From Takakia lepidozioides (Eukaryota > Plantae > Bryophyta): 64,000 nucleotides of DNA. Both the position numbers and the translations under genes were made by a program. This document shows positions 24,725-39,192 of this stretch, in pieces. How positions within the stretch are numbered: position 1 is the first letter of the stretch; every line of letters starts with the position of its first letter. The stretch is taken from NCBI GenBank assembly GCA_030704615.1, contig CM060732.1, positions 60,760,001 to 60,824,000 on the forward strand, read 5' to 3'. The notes under the pieces were generated by a model, which saw nothing but the letters and a program-made list of their open reading frames with translations, was not told where the DNA came from and did not search any database.

Positions 24725-25687
24725 TCTCCTCATTGAGGATGGATTATGTTTTGTCTTTTGTATTATCAATTGTGTTTGAAACCATGCAATAAAATTTAGT
24801 AGTGTATTCTGACCCATCACTCTGTTTGCCATTGTGTAGTCTAAATTTCCCAAAGGAGCTTTGTTAAGTAATGGTTTGTGGGGTGGTGTACTGATCTGTC
24901 TATTGAGGACTTGACAAGCCGCAACTACATAATTTACTACTGTGTCTACAGCTATGTAGTTCACAACCAACTTTGGAGTCTCCTTCTGCAGGTTCATGAA
25001 CTAATTAAGTCGGACAATAAATACATAGACCTGTGGGCAAATTAGTCAGGCTAGCTACTCCATGATGTCACAGGGGATAGTGATGCTGATAGTGGTTATC
25101 ATCAACAGACAAGGTTTCACATATCTTCACATGTTTACTGCATTGAGTGCAAAAGATTGTTACCGCAGCAATCTTGGGTGTCCCAGAGCGTTTAATAATA
25201 TTTTCACTACAGGAATTACTCAGCTGACAGCTTATTTACAATTAGACATTGATAAGACACTGTTCATCTTGATTACTTTACAGGTGTTTCATGCTCACCT
25301 TCTTCATGTGTACAATAGCCAACAATAGCGCCCCATTCACTAGAAGTCCTTGATGATGGATGTTTGCGTTTCCGATGAAAATTACTGTACAAATATTTAA
25401 CAATGAACAGTTGCAGGCGCGTTCAAAAACAGAAGGCTGAGGGATCAGAAGTCTCAAGGTTTTGAACCATGCTGAAGAAACTAAAGAAAGGAATTGTGTT
25501 TGGGGAATCGACTACTCAGCAACTTTTGCCAACAGCAGACCTACTGTGCATCCATGGAAACAGCACCCCCATTTGTGCGACGATGCACTCTCAACACCCT
25601 CCACAAAGGTTTGCTTCTTCATACTTCCCAGTGTCTTTCTGCTTCGTGCGCGCTTCCGCTTTCCTAGTCTCTTTTTTTGTTGAAGAG

Positions 25688-28671
25688 TTAGGCAGGTGCA
25701 TTGAGAAAGTGGCAGGCAAGTCCCCCAGGACAATCACGGTAATGCCGCTCGTGTGAAAGACCCAATTTTACTAATGCCACCTCCACGTCCCTTTTGTCTA
25801 TCCCTAAACCCATTCCCAAACATACTTTCCCAGTTAGCCAGACACTCTTAAAATACATGCAGTACAAAAGGAACATCAATTCCCTCAGACACATCACTTG
25901 CATCACATCAGAAGTAGCTCTAACAGTACAAGCCCCTGCAGCCATTTTAACAATCTGCTGTACTATGTATTTAGAAGGTCCAGCCAAGTACCTGCTGCTT
26001 TGCTAATATGGGTAAGAGATTCCTCGGGGTTTCCAGTGAGCTTCTTGGAAGCATTGGCTATATCAAACCCTACAAGTTGTAGATGCATCGCAGCCCTGCT
26101 TGTGCGCCTGTCATAGTCCAACATGGCCCCTGGCCATACACCCTGGAGCTCTCTAATCACATGCAAAATCAACCCAAAAACAATAATACTAATTCAGTAT
26201 ATTAAATCTAGGTTGACCTGGAATGTGGCATATAGACCTCAAGGGCAACCTTCCACAATCATCATGCAGAAAAGCATACCACATTCAAGGACCATGGCAA
26301 CCAGCATGTGTGTTGCACTCCAAACTTATGCCACAATCATTGTGAACATCAATCGTTCATCCCTCTTCTGCTTAATGAAGGTCCAGCTGACTAAAGTTTC
26401 TTTCCCTGTCTGATATCCCAAGATTGATGTGTCAGATTATGTCTGCTAGAAGAACAAGAAACAAGACCCTCATAATCTAAAAACTGCTGTGACCTTACAG
26501 ACACTCCCTTCACATTCATAGATATTACTAAGCCATCCAGAGCTTAATCCCCTACTGAAACTCCACAACCTGTCCCAGTCAGAAGGTACCAACTACTCCT
26601 AACAACACTGGTCCTCCAGTTGAGTTGGTTTGTAAGTATTACAGATTCACCTTAAAAAAGTGTGGGCAGTATTGTTGGTCAGGCCATGCAAGCTGCTGAT
26701 AGCTCGACAAAGTTCATTGGCATCATGCACGCGCTTCATAGAGGAAACCTTGCCTTCATACTCCGCCTCCAACTGCCTGGCCAGTTTCCGCAGCCATGCT
26801 GCTGCTCTGCATCAGTTGAAAGCTCCAAAACAACCAGGAGGATATTTCAAAACCGGATACAATATTGAGCAGCTGTGCTATGAGGAGGGTGGTTAGAACA
26901 GAGAGGGAAAGGACAAGGTCCAGATCCACTAGCTTTTGTCATGGAGCAAAAACATTTCTTGGTCCATGATTTGTATCAGATAAACCAGAATGACTTAAAA
27001 TACAAGAGTAATAGGGAGAACATGACTTAAGAGGGAGTTTGACTAGAAACCCACCAGGAAGAGAGAGCAACTCACACTACTGCAAGGGCCAGTGAATCTC
27101 TTTTCACTTCCACAAACCAATGCAGACATTTAGTCCGTAAAGTAAGCAAAGGTGCAAAGAGATGTGAAAAGTCAGAAAGAGAGACAGACCTGTGCTTGTA
27201 GGTGGTGTAGCCTGCCGTTTCTAGAATATCTGCGAGCTCATTCTCCTCCATGCGCAAAGTGTCCCGCACACTTGTCACGCCAGCCTCTCCCAGTTTCTGC
27301 CATGTACCAGATGGGTTGGACACCTAAGGACAAAAGTTCTTCACAACTAGTTGTTGATGGCAAAGAATCCTTGTGGATGCCAGTTAAATTTCATTTTTGG
27401 TGTTAAGTTGCACTTGCAAAGTCACTTTCAAGAGAAACTATCAGAAGTAGGATGTAGAAAAGGCTGACCTTGAACGTCTGCTTCAAAACATCAAATGTCA
27501 AATGTCGATGGAAAAGAGTGACAGCCAGGAACCACCTCTCTACTTCTGAATCACCCGCATTTACATCAATGCCCAAGTCCTTTGAATATCTGCCTCCTAC
27601 TTTGTTCAGCAGCACTCCAACTACCTGTTACGCCCAACAGAAATCATATGATAAACCTAAAAACAAAATTTATGCACCTGCTAGAGACAAGAGATAGAAG
27701 GAGAACAGTGTAATGTAGGTGACGGCTGCATAGTAAGACATTTTAACTTGAGGCTTCACAGCAAGATAGAAAGCATTTGTGCAGACAGTTCCTGGCAAGC
27801 ATTCTCAACCAATGGATTCTCACCTGTCGTGCAATCTCTTTCTCCAACGGAATGCGATCCTCCTCGGAATCGTAAGAACCAGTCATGGAAGAAGTGCCCT
27901 CTTCATCGTCTGCAAGCAACAGTGTCTCCTCCTCCCTTACTTCCGTATGTCTGATTGTGGCTACTTGAACTGGCCCACTTTCTCGAATGTCACCCTCTTC
28001 CGCAGGAGCTGCCAATGTGCGCTGGACTGACACGAACATTGTGGTGGAGCGTGTCTCATGGTAGGGCTTGCCGGCGTCATCATCGCTGTTCCTCACAGTC
28101 AGGTGGTCTTCCTTTACATCCTCCTGAACCGGAGCTGAGCTCCAGGGAAATGCCCCATATTCCTTCTGATCTCTAGCTGCAGTTTAAACCCCTGTCGATT
28201 AGTAAAAAATCCATCACGATTATAGCTTGCCACCTTTCCTTAGAATGTTGTCAGCAAGTATGCCCTTCCTACGGAGCCATTTGTAAAACAGAACTAGCGC
28301 CTTGACGAGAAGGAAATAGCTGTTCTCCAGACTACCAGCATTCCCATCACTACGTGCGAAATTGGCGAAAGTACTGAAGCGTTGCCTTCGACTAGAGACT
28401 AGCATAGTATGAACATTTCAGACTATCATGATCCACTGAGGTCAGGAGAGTTGTGTATACCAGTCGACAAAGGAATTGGGTCGCCGCTGGATCGCAAGGA
28501 TTCGGCCAGTAAGGGACCATACATGTAAGAGTCAGCCGTGAAAAAGGCGCGTAGCGCGTGCAGCAGCCCGCCACGAGCTACCTGCTGCCGCCGCTTCTGA
28601 CGCACCTGCCGGACCTCCTTCTTCTTTTCTCTCCGGACCACACCCGCCTTATGCACTCTCGTTTTGCCCAT
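25688..28671 (-). CDS. Uncharacterised protein with a prokaryote-like HhH/endonuclease-III-related C-terminal domain, 7 exons
   Basis: In-phase exons 28671-28461, 28176-27824, 27624-27469, 27323-27190, 26806-26651, 26152-25992, 25803-25688. They give GGRYSKDLGID..RWFLAVTLF..AGYTTYKHRAAAWL..TAHTFLRELQGVWP..DVEVALVKLGL..CPGGLAC. The N-terminus is basic and NLS-like. Confidence 0.8.
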
Positions 28672-30139
28672 GCTTTGTCGCCCTGTTCTATTCACAGCTA
28701 AACAGTCCGCAGTAAAGTGTCAGCCTTCGAGACGAAGAAGGTGTAGTTTTGATACAACCCAACTTACAGCTCTCCTGAACTGTGAGAAGTTCTGCACAGA
28801 ATCCGAGGAACAAACAATAAACTACACAGAGAGATGAGGACAAAATCCCTTAGAGATCTAAAGTTGCTTTTCTGTTTTTACAGCACAAACACCACCCAAG
28901 AGTGTGCGAGAGACGCGAGAGATGCGAGAGACAGAATTGGACACTCGAAGAGCAAAGAAGAAAGCCGCCCAAACAGCAAACTCATGCCAGAGTAAACCCA
29001 CGCGTCTGGCAAGCAATAGTGCCAAGAGTCGCTCCTGCAGTTCCAGCAATTTTGAGCCCGCCACTTGGTAGATACAGTTGCTGTAGGATTTCGGGATCCA
29101 ACGTTCCACATTCAACTGCGCTCATGCACTTTAGCGTGACTCAGCTCCTGAGTCCATCCCACAGTTGCTGGGTTGAGAAACAGCATCTTCGTTCACAAGA
29201 TGCCTCATCCGTCATGGAGCCTTCATCCGGAGAGGGTGAACAGTTGTGACAGGAGTGGGGAGATATGATAGCAAGATGAGAAAGGATAGAGAGGTAATTG
29301 AGCATAAGTGTAGGTTGCATAGTTGAAAAGAAACTTTTCCTATCTCATTCTCTTGTCAGTCGGCAGATTCAGCAGAAAGTGACTCAGAAAGTGACTCGGA
29401 ATGGAAGGGAGGGAGAAGATGGCAGATGCACCGCAGCTTTCTCAAAAATTGCAGTTTGCATTTTGCAGTCCGAGGGGTGTTCTTCCTGTGCACACATTGT
29501 CAGGCTTGATCAACAATCACGTTTCAACTTTGAGCACCCAAGCCTATGCATCGCTTGGGTGTCCCAAAGTCAGATGGAGTGTTTCCACCTTCGGAAAATT
29601 ATGTCTGGCTTAGAGATACATGTACACTGGAAAGATGAAAACAGCCCGTGCACAAATGTCATTTGATTACTAGGAGGCAGCGTGATGGTGCAGCTTTAAG
29701 TATGGAAAATGGGTTTGGAAGCGGCCCAGTCCTTCTGGAGGACCTCAGTCTTCAAAACTTTCGTGTTTTTGCGCATCCAGTTATTTCGTGGTCTGCCTGC
29801 ACTCAGCCGTCACAACAGCTAATCGAACCGAATTGGACTTCCTGCAGCATAACTGAAGACTACTGCAAGGACATTGTTATCTGCAGTGTGCTGTGGTTTT
29901 ACTCCACTGCTGTCATGTGCTTACACAAACTTGGGAGATTTTTATGACGCTCTGCCTGCACACTTGTTGCCTTACAAGAGTTGCTCAATTTGCCCACAGT
30001 GGATGGAAGTCGACTTCTAGGCATGTTTCTTTTACGGCTACCAATCCCGCCCTTGGTGACTTAGAAGTTGCCTATTGTAAATCCGAGGTGCACATAGATC
30101 CAGATTGGTCGGAGACTTGAGGCGATTTCTGCAGGAAAT

Positions 30140-33100
30140 ATGAGCGCAAGTTCATCAGATTTTTATGGACTTCCCCAGTCCTTGCCATCCTTTCTGCTGG
30201 GAGTGCTGGCTCTAGCTGTTGTGGAGCTTCTGTGGCTAGGTTATGTTTGCAGGAGCGCACTATTCAAGCGCGAGTTGAGGAGTGGGTCAGTCTCTACGGT
30301 TGGAATCCGGACCCATGCCGGATCCATACGATTCAATCTTGAGGTATTTTCCTTCTTTGCTAGGAATTTAGGAGGGAGAACAGAATTCTGTACTCTGTGG
30401 AGTAGTTGAGCTCATCAATGCGATTTTGAAGGTCGCACTTAAGTGTGCTACTACTCCATAAATAGCTAAGAATCATTCACTGGGTATTCCAAGAAGCATA
30501 CACTGTTCTTGAAACCTTACTTTTGTCTTCTCACTACTTGAGCCTAGATGGAAATCATACTGGGCAGAGCTTCTATCATGACAGCGTTATTTCAAACAAT
30601 GAGATGTTTGGGATATTATTGCATGCTTGGGGATTAGGTTTGGACCAACAATTTCCATTCTCCTGTCTCTAGGTACTCACATACTTAAAGGTGGCTTTGG
30701 AAGTGCATTCTGAAATATTGCATCTAGTCAGAAACTGCAGTAAGGTAGTTTAGGCTTCTTGATCATACCTACTGATAAGGGGATTCTCATAGTTGAGCTT
30801 GTTGAAGCCTCCCACATAGAGCCTCTTTTTGATGCCCTCATGCCCTGTATTAGTGCAATTTTCCTTGCCAAACCTGACCTCAAATTATCACATTTGACAT
30901 GAGAACCTTCCATCCTAATTCATACGGACTAGGGCTACTTCCTCAATGTCGTATTTCTTCTTGGACAGGTTTCAAAGTCTTGTTGTCAGTGGGGCATAGA
31001 ACTGTCTTGAATTATGCAAATTTTGTAAAGATGGTAGGCAAATGCTTACCCATGCATGTGGTTGGCTTTTCTGTCTCAAAATCCATTGTGCTGGTTGTAT
31101 GTAGGGAAATTTGTGGGTTGCACCACTTCCCGAGGGAGACTGGAGCAAGGCAATACTCAATCAGGTCATCAAGCACGACAAGAATAGTACAGGTGGAAAA
31201 GTGGTCCAGACCAGAGAGGGGGTAAATGACAACCTTGAGATAGCGCCGAGATGGCGACACGGTATCCTCCATGAGGATATTCTTCTTTTGAAGGCTGCAA
31301 ATGGAACTGAAGAGAGCATTTATTTGGAGGGCTGTGACATTGTGAGTGTTGCTGGCGGCACGGAAGCTCAGACTAAGTGGTAAGTGATAATTCCCCATCA
31401 AAAAATCCAGTAAGGTTATGAAAGGTCGTGAATGTATTGCACCCACACTACCAATGACGTTTATGTTGACCCAAGAATGGAAATCTTTGCAACAGATATT
31501 CTCTAGCTGTTTCCTCATGGCATTACTCACACTTGTGATGTAACTCCAGTTGCTACAGAGCTAGTGGCAACCTAAGCTATGCGTTTTGATGTGTTTAGAA
31601 GTGTATTTACGGTGTCCAGTCTTACCAACCTTTTGAATGAGTAAGAGGTTGTTTCCCCTTTGTCAACCTCCTTCTTGGACCATATAATCCTCCATAGGTC
31701 TTTTGTTTACAGCATCATGCTCACTAATATCTGTGAGTGGAGGGTTGTTGTGGGATCCTCAGTGTCTAACATCTTGAATCTTGTCCCACTTGTACAAATA
31801 TAGTAGACTTTGTATCAATGTTCGAAAAAACTTCCTTCAAGCCTTATAATGAATGTAGATCCTTGGTTAATTCGAAAAATGAACATGGGGAGATAGACAG
31901 TATTTAATCAACCTATTATTGCGGGTGAAGGAACAAAAAGTTCCCTATCAAGGTACACCATAATGAGCGTGCGATCCTTGGAGGGTGCAAAGATTTTCTG
32001 ATTTACTTGGAGACAGGGTGGGAGAAGGAGGCATGGTGTGAACTTCTTCGGGCCAGTGCCAAATTGGATTATACTGCCAATGAGTATTTTGTCAAAACCA
32101 AGAAAGAGTATGCAGAATATGCCCTTCGGGTTCAAGCTCTCACCCCTTTTCTGAACAAGCTTTATACAGGAATGGATTCCAATGTTTCTAAGGATAAAAG
32201 CATGAATATCCCTCCAGAACTTACTAAAAGACAGACGCTTTGGAAGAAACTGACAAGACGGGAGTCGAAAAGCATGGGCAGCAGCAAGGAGATGAAATCC
32301 CCCAAGGCACCAAAAGAAAGTGCCAGTTTCAAAAGAAAGAACGTCCCAAGCAGTTCCAGCTCCACAGACCAAGGAGGGATGCACACTGTGGCTGCCACAG
32401 GTAGTGACCAGCTGCAGAAGTTGGCCATTCCTGTCAGTGAGAGAGGGGACAAAGAGGCTTCCCCTTTGACCTCCATTGTGGAGCAGGATTCTGGCGAGCC
32501 AACACTCCATCTGGAAAGGGCAATCGATCATGGATCTCTCTGTTTCAATATGATTGTGTCAAGGTTATTTTTTGACTTCTATCACAGCCCAGCTCGGATG
32601 ACTTGGATTCATGGAGTAGTTCAGGCAAGTTGCATGTTTTCTCACTTTGGGAGCTGGGACTTCAATTTTTTTGAATTTATCAGCTGTCTACGATTTGGAT
32701 GGTATCAAGTGCAACCTGTTCCTTACTGTAGCCTCTCTTATAATAACCCAATAGTATTGTAGACTAGCTCACTTTTGCAAGGTTCCCTTGTATGCATCTT
32801 CACTAGTCTCATCCTGAAATCAATGTTTTGACACCTCAGACCTATTATGGGTTCCAACACGCACTTTTTCGTTGCCTTGCATGGTTCACGGTTTGTTTGA
32901 CCAAATTACCAGAGGTTAGTGTCAAGGATAAGGACTCCCAGTTTCATTAAAGCAATTACTGTCACGACCGTGGATCTTGGAAAATCGCCCCCTTACACGA
33001 CTTCTCTACGTATGCTCCCGGTGGATGCTGAGGGGGCCTTAGGCATGGAAATTGGCTGGGAATACCATGGCAACGGATTCATCGTATGTGAGACACGAGT

Positions 33101-34941
33101 TGAGGTGCGGGATTCAAACTCTCAGGAGCAAATGGTGGCACAAGAAAACGAACTCAGCTTAGCAGTAGCTGAGACTTCTGGACTTCTATCTGGTCTTGGC
33201 CGAGAGGACCTGGACATTGATGGAGAGGGACTAGCTGTTGCAGAAGACACATTGCAGGGTGGTGCTACTTCTCCAAGGGCTAGAAAAGGTGTGTATTATT
33301 GCCATGCACCTCTATTTTTCTTCCCCTCCGGCTTGGAAAGAGGGAAGCCATACATGCCTGATCTGTGGGGTGATTTGGAAATAGGTATTATTTAGATCAT
33401 CAGAGATGTGACTTCACATCAATTCGAACAATATGACAGACTCAAGACTATGCAGCCAGTTGTGACCCTCCTTGGGATTGATTCAAGGATGTTGTTTTGA
33501 ATCCAGCTTTACTGAGACATTAACTCTAGAACTCTCTACTTGCAAAGGAAGACGTATACCATGATTGCAGGTCCCAGTCAGCTTTCCTCCCCTGCTTCCC
33601 CTCTACTTTCCCACTTTTCTCTGATGTACAATAGATGTGGGGATCTACTGCCACGCACGGAGTCTATCGATTCTATTGCTCTCTTGACCTCATGCCTTCT
33701 TCCCTCTCCAAATTTTTAGCAAGCATGCCAACCATAATCTTGCGCTTTCGTTATCCAGTATCCACCATACTACCTCCCACCGGTCAAAGTTCAACTTGAG
33801 CTTCCCACCAACAATTGTTGACCCCACATTCATCTGTTTAGTCTGCACAGATTACCTGTCATACCTAGGTACTGTGATACAGTAATACAGTAGCTACAGG
33901 CTATTCATGTGCTGATTCTTATGCTTGGCTTGCTTTGGGGAGGTGGGGAACCAGGTGTGGAGGGTAGTACAACAAAGAGAGGTTGGAAACAGTCTATGAA
34001 GGCAATGGTGTCACGTGTTGTTGAGCAGGTCTCCCAGGTATATAGTCTTCCCTTGCCTGTGCGTATGTTTGGTTGGTATTGTTCTTCAGGACAATTCTTG
34101 GTGGTTAGAGTTCATGCGAGTGTGTATGGAAACTTACAGGAGTTGTCTAGTTGAGGTGCCTCAGTCGCCATCTATCAAATGATAGCTGATAATTGTAGCC
34201 TCCAATTTATATAGAGGTTATGTGTAGCTACACTCACATGAGCAGCATGAGAGGGCACAGAGAAAGACAGAGACAGACAGCTTTTGTAAATAACATAGTT
34301 GTCACTATTGGCAATCGATCTATCATCATGGATGGGCAGGTGCCACTGGCGCTAACGGTTAGATGCGAGTCGCTGAAGGGAACGGGGCTGATAAGGATGC
34401 GGGCACCTCCATCAAACCGCATCTGGTTTTCGTTCAAAGAAATGCCTGCAGTGGAGCTGGTGCCTGAGCCTTGTATTGGTGACCACAAGATCAGCAGTGG
34501 CCCTTTGGGTACCTTCATCGTGAATCAACTCAAGGTCTTCACCAACTCCACTCTCACTCTCACTCTCGTGGTTTGTAAAATGGTTGTAAGAAGATGTAAC
34601 GGTCGAGCTGTTGGTTTTGGTTGAACTGGGTGCCACATGTGTTGGTCAGACATAGGACTGGCTTTGATATAGGAGTCGAAAGGTGGGGAAGAGCGAGAGA
34701 GAAAGAGGGACTGTATGTGTTGACTCTGCAAAAAGAATGACCTTTGAAGCCTGCTGCTCCATGTGTGTAGGTGCAACTGCAAGAGTCGTTGGTGATGCCA
34801 CATTGTGAAGATTTGTGTGTCAGATGGATGATGGCTGCAGATGACAATTGGGTGCCGCAAAGTACCATCCCTGTAGAATTTTCACCCTCACAGGCACCCG
34901 AGTTTGTGCCTCTGAACATGCAAGAGAAAGAGGAATGTTGA
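30140..34941 (+). CDS. TEX2/Nvj2-like protein: N-terminal TM, PH-like domain and SMP lipid-transfer domain
   Basis: Exons 30140-30343, 31105-31379, 31931-32624 (GC donor), 32913-33288, 33955-34037, 34340-34534, 34771-34941. Motifs KWNKKFPI, ETGWEKEAWC, CFNMIVSRLFFD, SRIRTPSFI, PPSNRIWFSF, ESLVMPHCE. The 3' end is uncertain. Confidence 0.85.
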
Positions 34942-36765
34942 TGGAAGTTGAGGGCCCCACCATCTGGCAGCTCCTCACTATCTGTCAAAAGTCTCCAACC
35001 TCCTATCAGCCGTCCGCCGTCTCTCAACCTCTCTCCAGCTGTCAGCTTTCAGAGTCCAGCCCACAACCAATTGTGCTGGTCAGCAAGAAGGATAATATCG
35101 AATGATCTCCTTGTATTCACAGCATATTGATCCCCTGGCTTAACTAAACTTCTCTCTGGTCAGTCTTCAGGGAGGGAGGCACCAGTCAAGCTTGAATTCT
35201 TCTGATTGCAAGGGAGCTGATGGAGCTATCAGCAAGTTTTGATGCATACAGGTCCCCCCCCCCCCCCCTGTTTTGGAACAAAATGAGGCTGAATTAGTGG
35301 GATGATTGGATATCTTGGAAGGATGGCAAGATAAGAAAGTGAGGGTAGAGATGGCTCTTTCTGTACGAGCCATAAGTTGAATGCCATCACACCTGAAACA
35401 GAGGCATCAATATTTTTGAGGATCCCCCAATGCTGGTACATGAAACTAAACATTGCCCCTAGAAATCAAGGAGAAAATGTGCCGGCCAACGTGCAGTGAC
35501 GATGAGATTTGTGCCTGTCGACCTTTAAAAGGAGAATCTGCGCTACCCAACATGCAATGAAGGTGGGAATTGCGCATTTGTATGCACTTTTGGTATCTCT
35601 GAAGACTGTCTGGGTGTCAATTTTGGTGTAGAAGGTATCTTATGGTATAGTATCCATGGAAAGCTACCTTGACCCATCATGCTTGCCACTGATATCATCT
35701 GGACATTCTATTATCTGTCGACCAAGATAATCCCTTATGGGTGGATGTCCATGAGATTGATTCATACATTTTTAGATCCATTAGTGACCATGAGGAAGTG
35801 CTTGAAAGACCTGGCAATGACAATTCATATGGCACTTAGTTTACCGCCGATGACAGGCCACTTGCATCCAACACTTCTAGCTCTAGGATGGATTGGAATT
35901 GCTTGCACAGAATAATAACCAATTATCTGTCCACTCCTAAGTTCATTGTCCTCGTCACCTTTTAGACTACCTTTTAGACCGTTCTATTCGCAACACAGGT
36001 TACATCGCTTGCAGTAGGAGGGCTTCATGGAAACAAAAGAGATGATAGGCCAGAAGTGTTGAGTCAAGCAAACTCACTTAAGGGCACCGAACATGGACAG
36101 ATGGTGTGGGGTCCTTCTCCCGACCATGCCTAAACTTGTGAAGAAAGGTGTTTGATGCAGTTTAGATGGGGCCTTTGTGGAAAGCCACTGGAGCTTGACT
36201 CTCCGATCGAAGGGAACTCTCTTACCATTCCGTTGACGCTGCTTATTACCGCTTAGAGCTGATCAAGGCGCAGAGATCCCTCCAATAAACTTGTCTTGTT
36301 TCTGTATAGAGAAATGCTATGACAGTATGGAACGAAGAGCCTAGGAAATGGCATCGGGATGAAACAGGAAACCTGTCGAAACTCAATATTCACCGACTGC
36401 TTAAGTAAGGTAGTAATGGAGCCACAACTCCTAACCTAAATTTGGGGACGTCTCATGCGGAGGACACTTTGGGTGCGTCTGCTTGTGCTCTTTCTTCAGT
36501 CTTCTTCGATTGCAAGAGCTGGAGCGACGGTATATGTAGTGTCGTTCGTGGGTTCGTCTTGGAGTAAGATAGATAGATGATAGTGAGAATGAAAGCCTTT
36601 TTGTTTCCAGGTGGTCCGCTGGAGAGAAACCCACACCCCTTCACAGTCTCCTTCCTAGAGGGAAAAATGAGTGCACAAGATTAGGAGGGGTTCACTCTAT
36701 TGGGGGAAGGCGGAGGCAGAGGGAGAGAGAGAGAGAGTGAGAGAACACTGAAGAAGTGGGCAGCC

Positions 36766-39192
36766 ATGAGGCGTGCTACACTACAGGTGACGATAATGGC
36801 GGCCGAGGAGCTCAAGAAAGTGAACACGTTTGGGAAAATGAGTGTGTATGCGGTGGCGTGGGTTGAACCTTCCATGAAGCGAGCGACTCGCATTCGTCGC
36901 AAAGTGGGCAAGAATCCCGTGTGGAATGATGACATTTCTCTCCCAATTGAGGATCATGTCCTCCACCACCCTCACTCTGCTCTCACAATCGAGGTCGGTC
37001 TTTTTGTTTTCGGTTTCTGTTCGGTGAAATTGAAACCATGTTCACATATTTTTAGGTGCAGTACTGGCGTATATCATACACCAAGCCACGTCCTGGTCAC
37101 TTTATGTCTGAATGAGCAAGGAAACTTGACAGGTAAAGGGAACATATGAAACTCTGAGGAGCTCAGTAAGCACAAGGAACAGCTTACTAATACACTAGTG
37201 CGGAACAATCTGGTATTCTTGTCAAGTCATGGTCACAAATTAGATATCGAGATTTTTATGGAGTCCCCTGGTCCATGGGTCTTAGCCCTCAACATTCTGG
37301 TCCAAGTATCTCTCAGCTGCATGTCCTTCGCATGCGGGACAGACTTCGTCTAAAGTCTGGTGATCATGCGCTGCAGGTTCTCAGGTCAGTGTGTATATTT
37401 GAGAGAGGGAGAGAAAGGAAAGAAAGACAGAAAGAAACTTTGCAATGTCCACTAGGGCCTAGAGGGCCCATTGAACAAAGGAGAACAACGACATATCCAC
37501 ATGAAAATACTGCAAAGCTTTATAATGTCCACAGAAGGCCACAAGTCTTGAACTACTTTCGAATACATCAAGTGCCGCCCAAAGGCGAAGTGCCAGAAAG
37601 CAGGAGAGAGAGGGAGAGAGTTGTTTACTTGACTTGACTCTGCTTTGGGCAGCTTTGTGGTCGTGCCCAGTGAAAGAGAAATATAGCAGCAGGGGAGGGC
37701 ACTGAAAATAATGTGACAGCCAGTCTTCAGGGCAGTACATCCTCAAATTTGGTTGGCTTAACAACGAGGATAGACCGTCTGATAAGTGGCAAATTGACTC
37801 AAGCTATGCAAAGACCATCATTGATGAATGTGTATTTGCATGAGGCAGGTATTCAGCTATGGGACAGTGACGAACACTCTGGTGGGGACCACGCACTTTC
37901 CATTGGCAGAGATTGCAAGAATGAAGGCATCGAAACAAGATTCAGAGGAGGGTGACATTGTTACTTTGCCACTGCACAGACCCTCAGGGCGCTCACAGGG
38001 AATCATAAGGCTCTGTATCAACCTGTCAGGGGCTTCCATTGAGCAAATGATGTTTGCACTTGGTACTACAAACCCACCCTGTTTCGCTCTCTCTCTCTCT
38101 CTCTCTGCCAACCTGAAGACAATGTCCATTTTCTGATACATTCTCTGGGGTATTCTCATCAGAGAGTGACATCAAGAACATGGCTCCTGCACCTCTGTCA
38201 CCAACGTTGGAAATCTTGAGGCTGAGCCTAAAGCCCTGGTCCTGTGGGGGCTCTAACTTTGTGGCTGCTCACAAACAAATGCTTGTGAACGGCTTTCTAG
38301 AGGATATTTGGAAAGCTGAAACTAATTGTTTGTATAGAAGTAAGTTACACTACTGTAGTGAGCCCTTCACAAATGTAGTGCCTATTCCCTATGTTTCCGT
38401 CCCAAGTGGGCGCAGGGTCTATGGTCACAAGGCTACTCCAAACAAAGTTTTATGAGTACATTCTCCCTCTGCAATTGCTTAAGCTTTGAGCTGATCTTCG
38501 GGATCTTTCTTTCCTCTCTCTAGACTACATGAAAGAGGATGTACTCATAAGACGTTGCTTGCCGTAGCCTTGTGGCAATTGAACCCGCACCCCATTTGAG
38601 CAGAACACTGCATGAAAGAGAGAGCAAGAGAGAAAGTACAGAAAAGGAACATTATGACATGCTTTGATTAGTTTGTTTCGGAGGTATGATTGGTTACCTG
38701 AGAGCAGTGTGAGACTGGCACAAACCCCTTCAGATCCAAGTTGGTCATAATCTCATTAGTTTGGTTAATGTGAATTTTCTTCTTTCTAATGCAGATAATG
38801 GACTAAGAATGTGTGCATCAGGGATGCCGTCATCTTCTCTAGGGGTTGTGGAGGGAATTCCTGTCTCGGCGTATTATGGAATTCAGCATTCCTACCAAAC
38901 TGCATATCCCTCCTCTAGCAATCTTGCAGTTTATCCCTCAGCTCCACCTTATGTCTCTCATCCTTCAAGCAGTGAGGAAAGATACCCAGTGCCGGCACCG
39001 CCAGCTGTTGCTTACTATCCTGCTGCCAACTTGAATCTGCAAACCTCGCCCTACGTTCGAGCGTCCCAACCTTATGTGCCTGTTTGTGCCCGGCGGTATC
39101 GAAGGCGGAGGGGTGGCAATCTCTTGCTGGCATTTATCGGAGGAGCCATAAGTGGGCTTCTGCTTGGGGACATTCTGGGTGGGGCGATCTAA
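36766..39192 (+). CDS. C2-domain protein (SRC2/BAP-like) with a Pro/Tyr-rich region and hydrophobic C-terminal motif
   Basis: Exons 36766-36993, 37849-38062, 38795-39192. Motifs GKMSVYAVAWV, GKNPVWN, LHRPSGRSQG and C-terminal GAISGLLLGDIL. Confidence 0.88.
38392..38607. repeat. Inverted pair of LINE/SINE 3'-end copies in intron 2 of the C2 gene
   Basis: 38392-38470 (+) and 38531-38607 (-) both match the 16752-16822 tail and face each other tail to tail. Confidence 0.7.
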
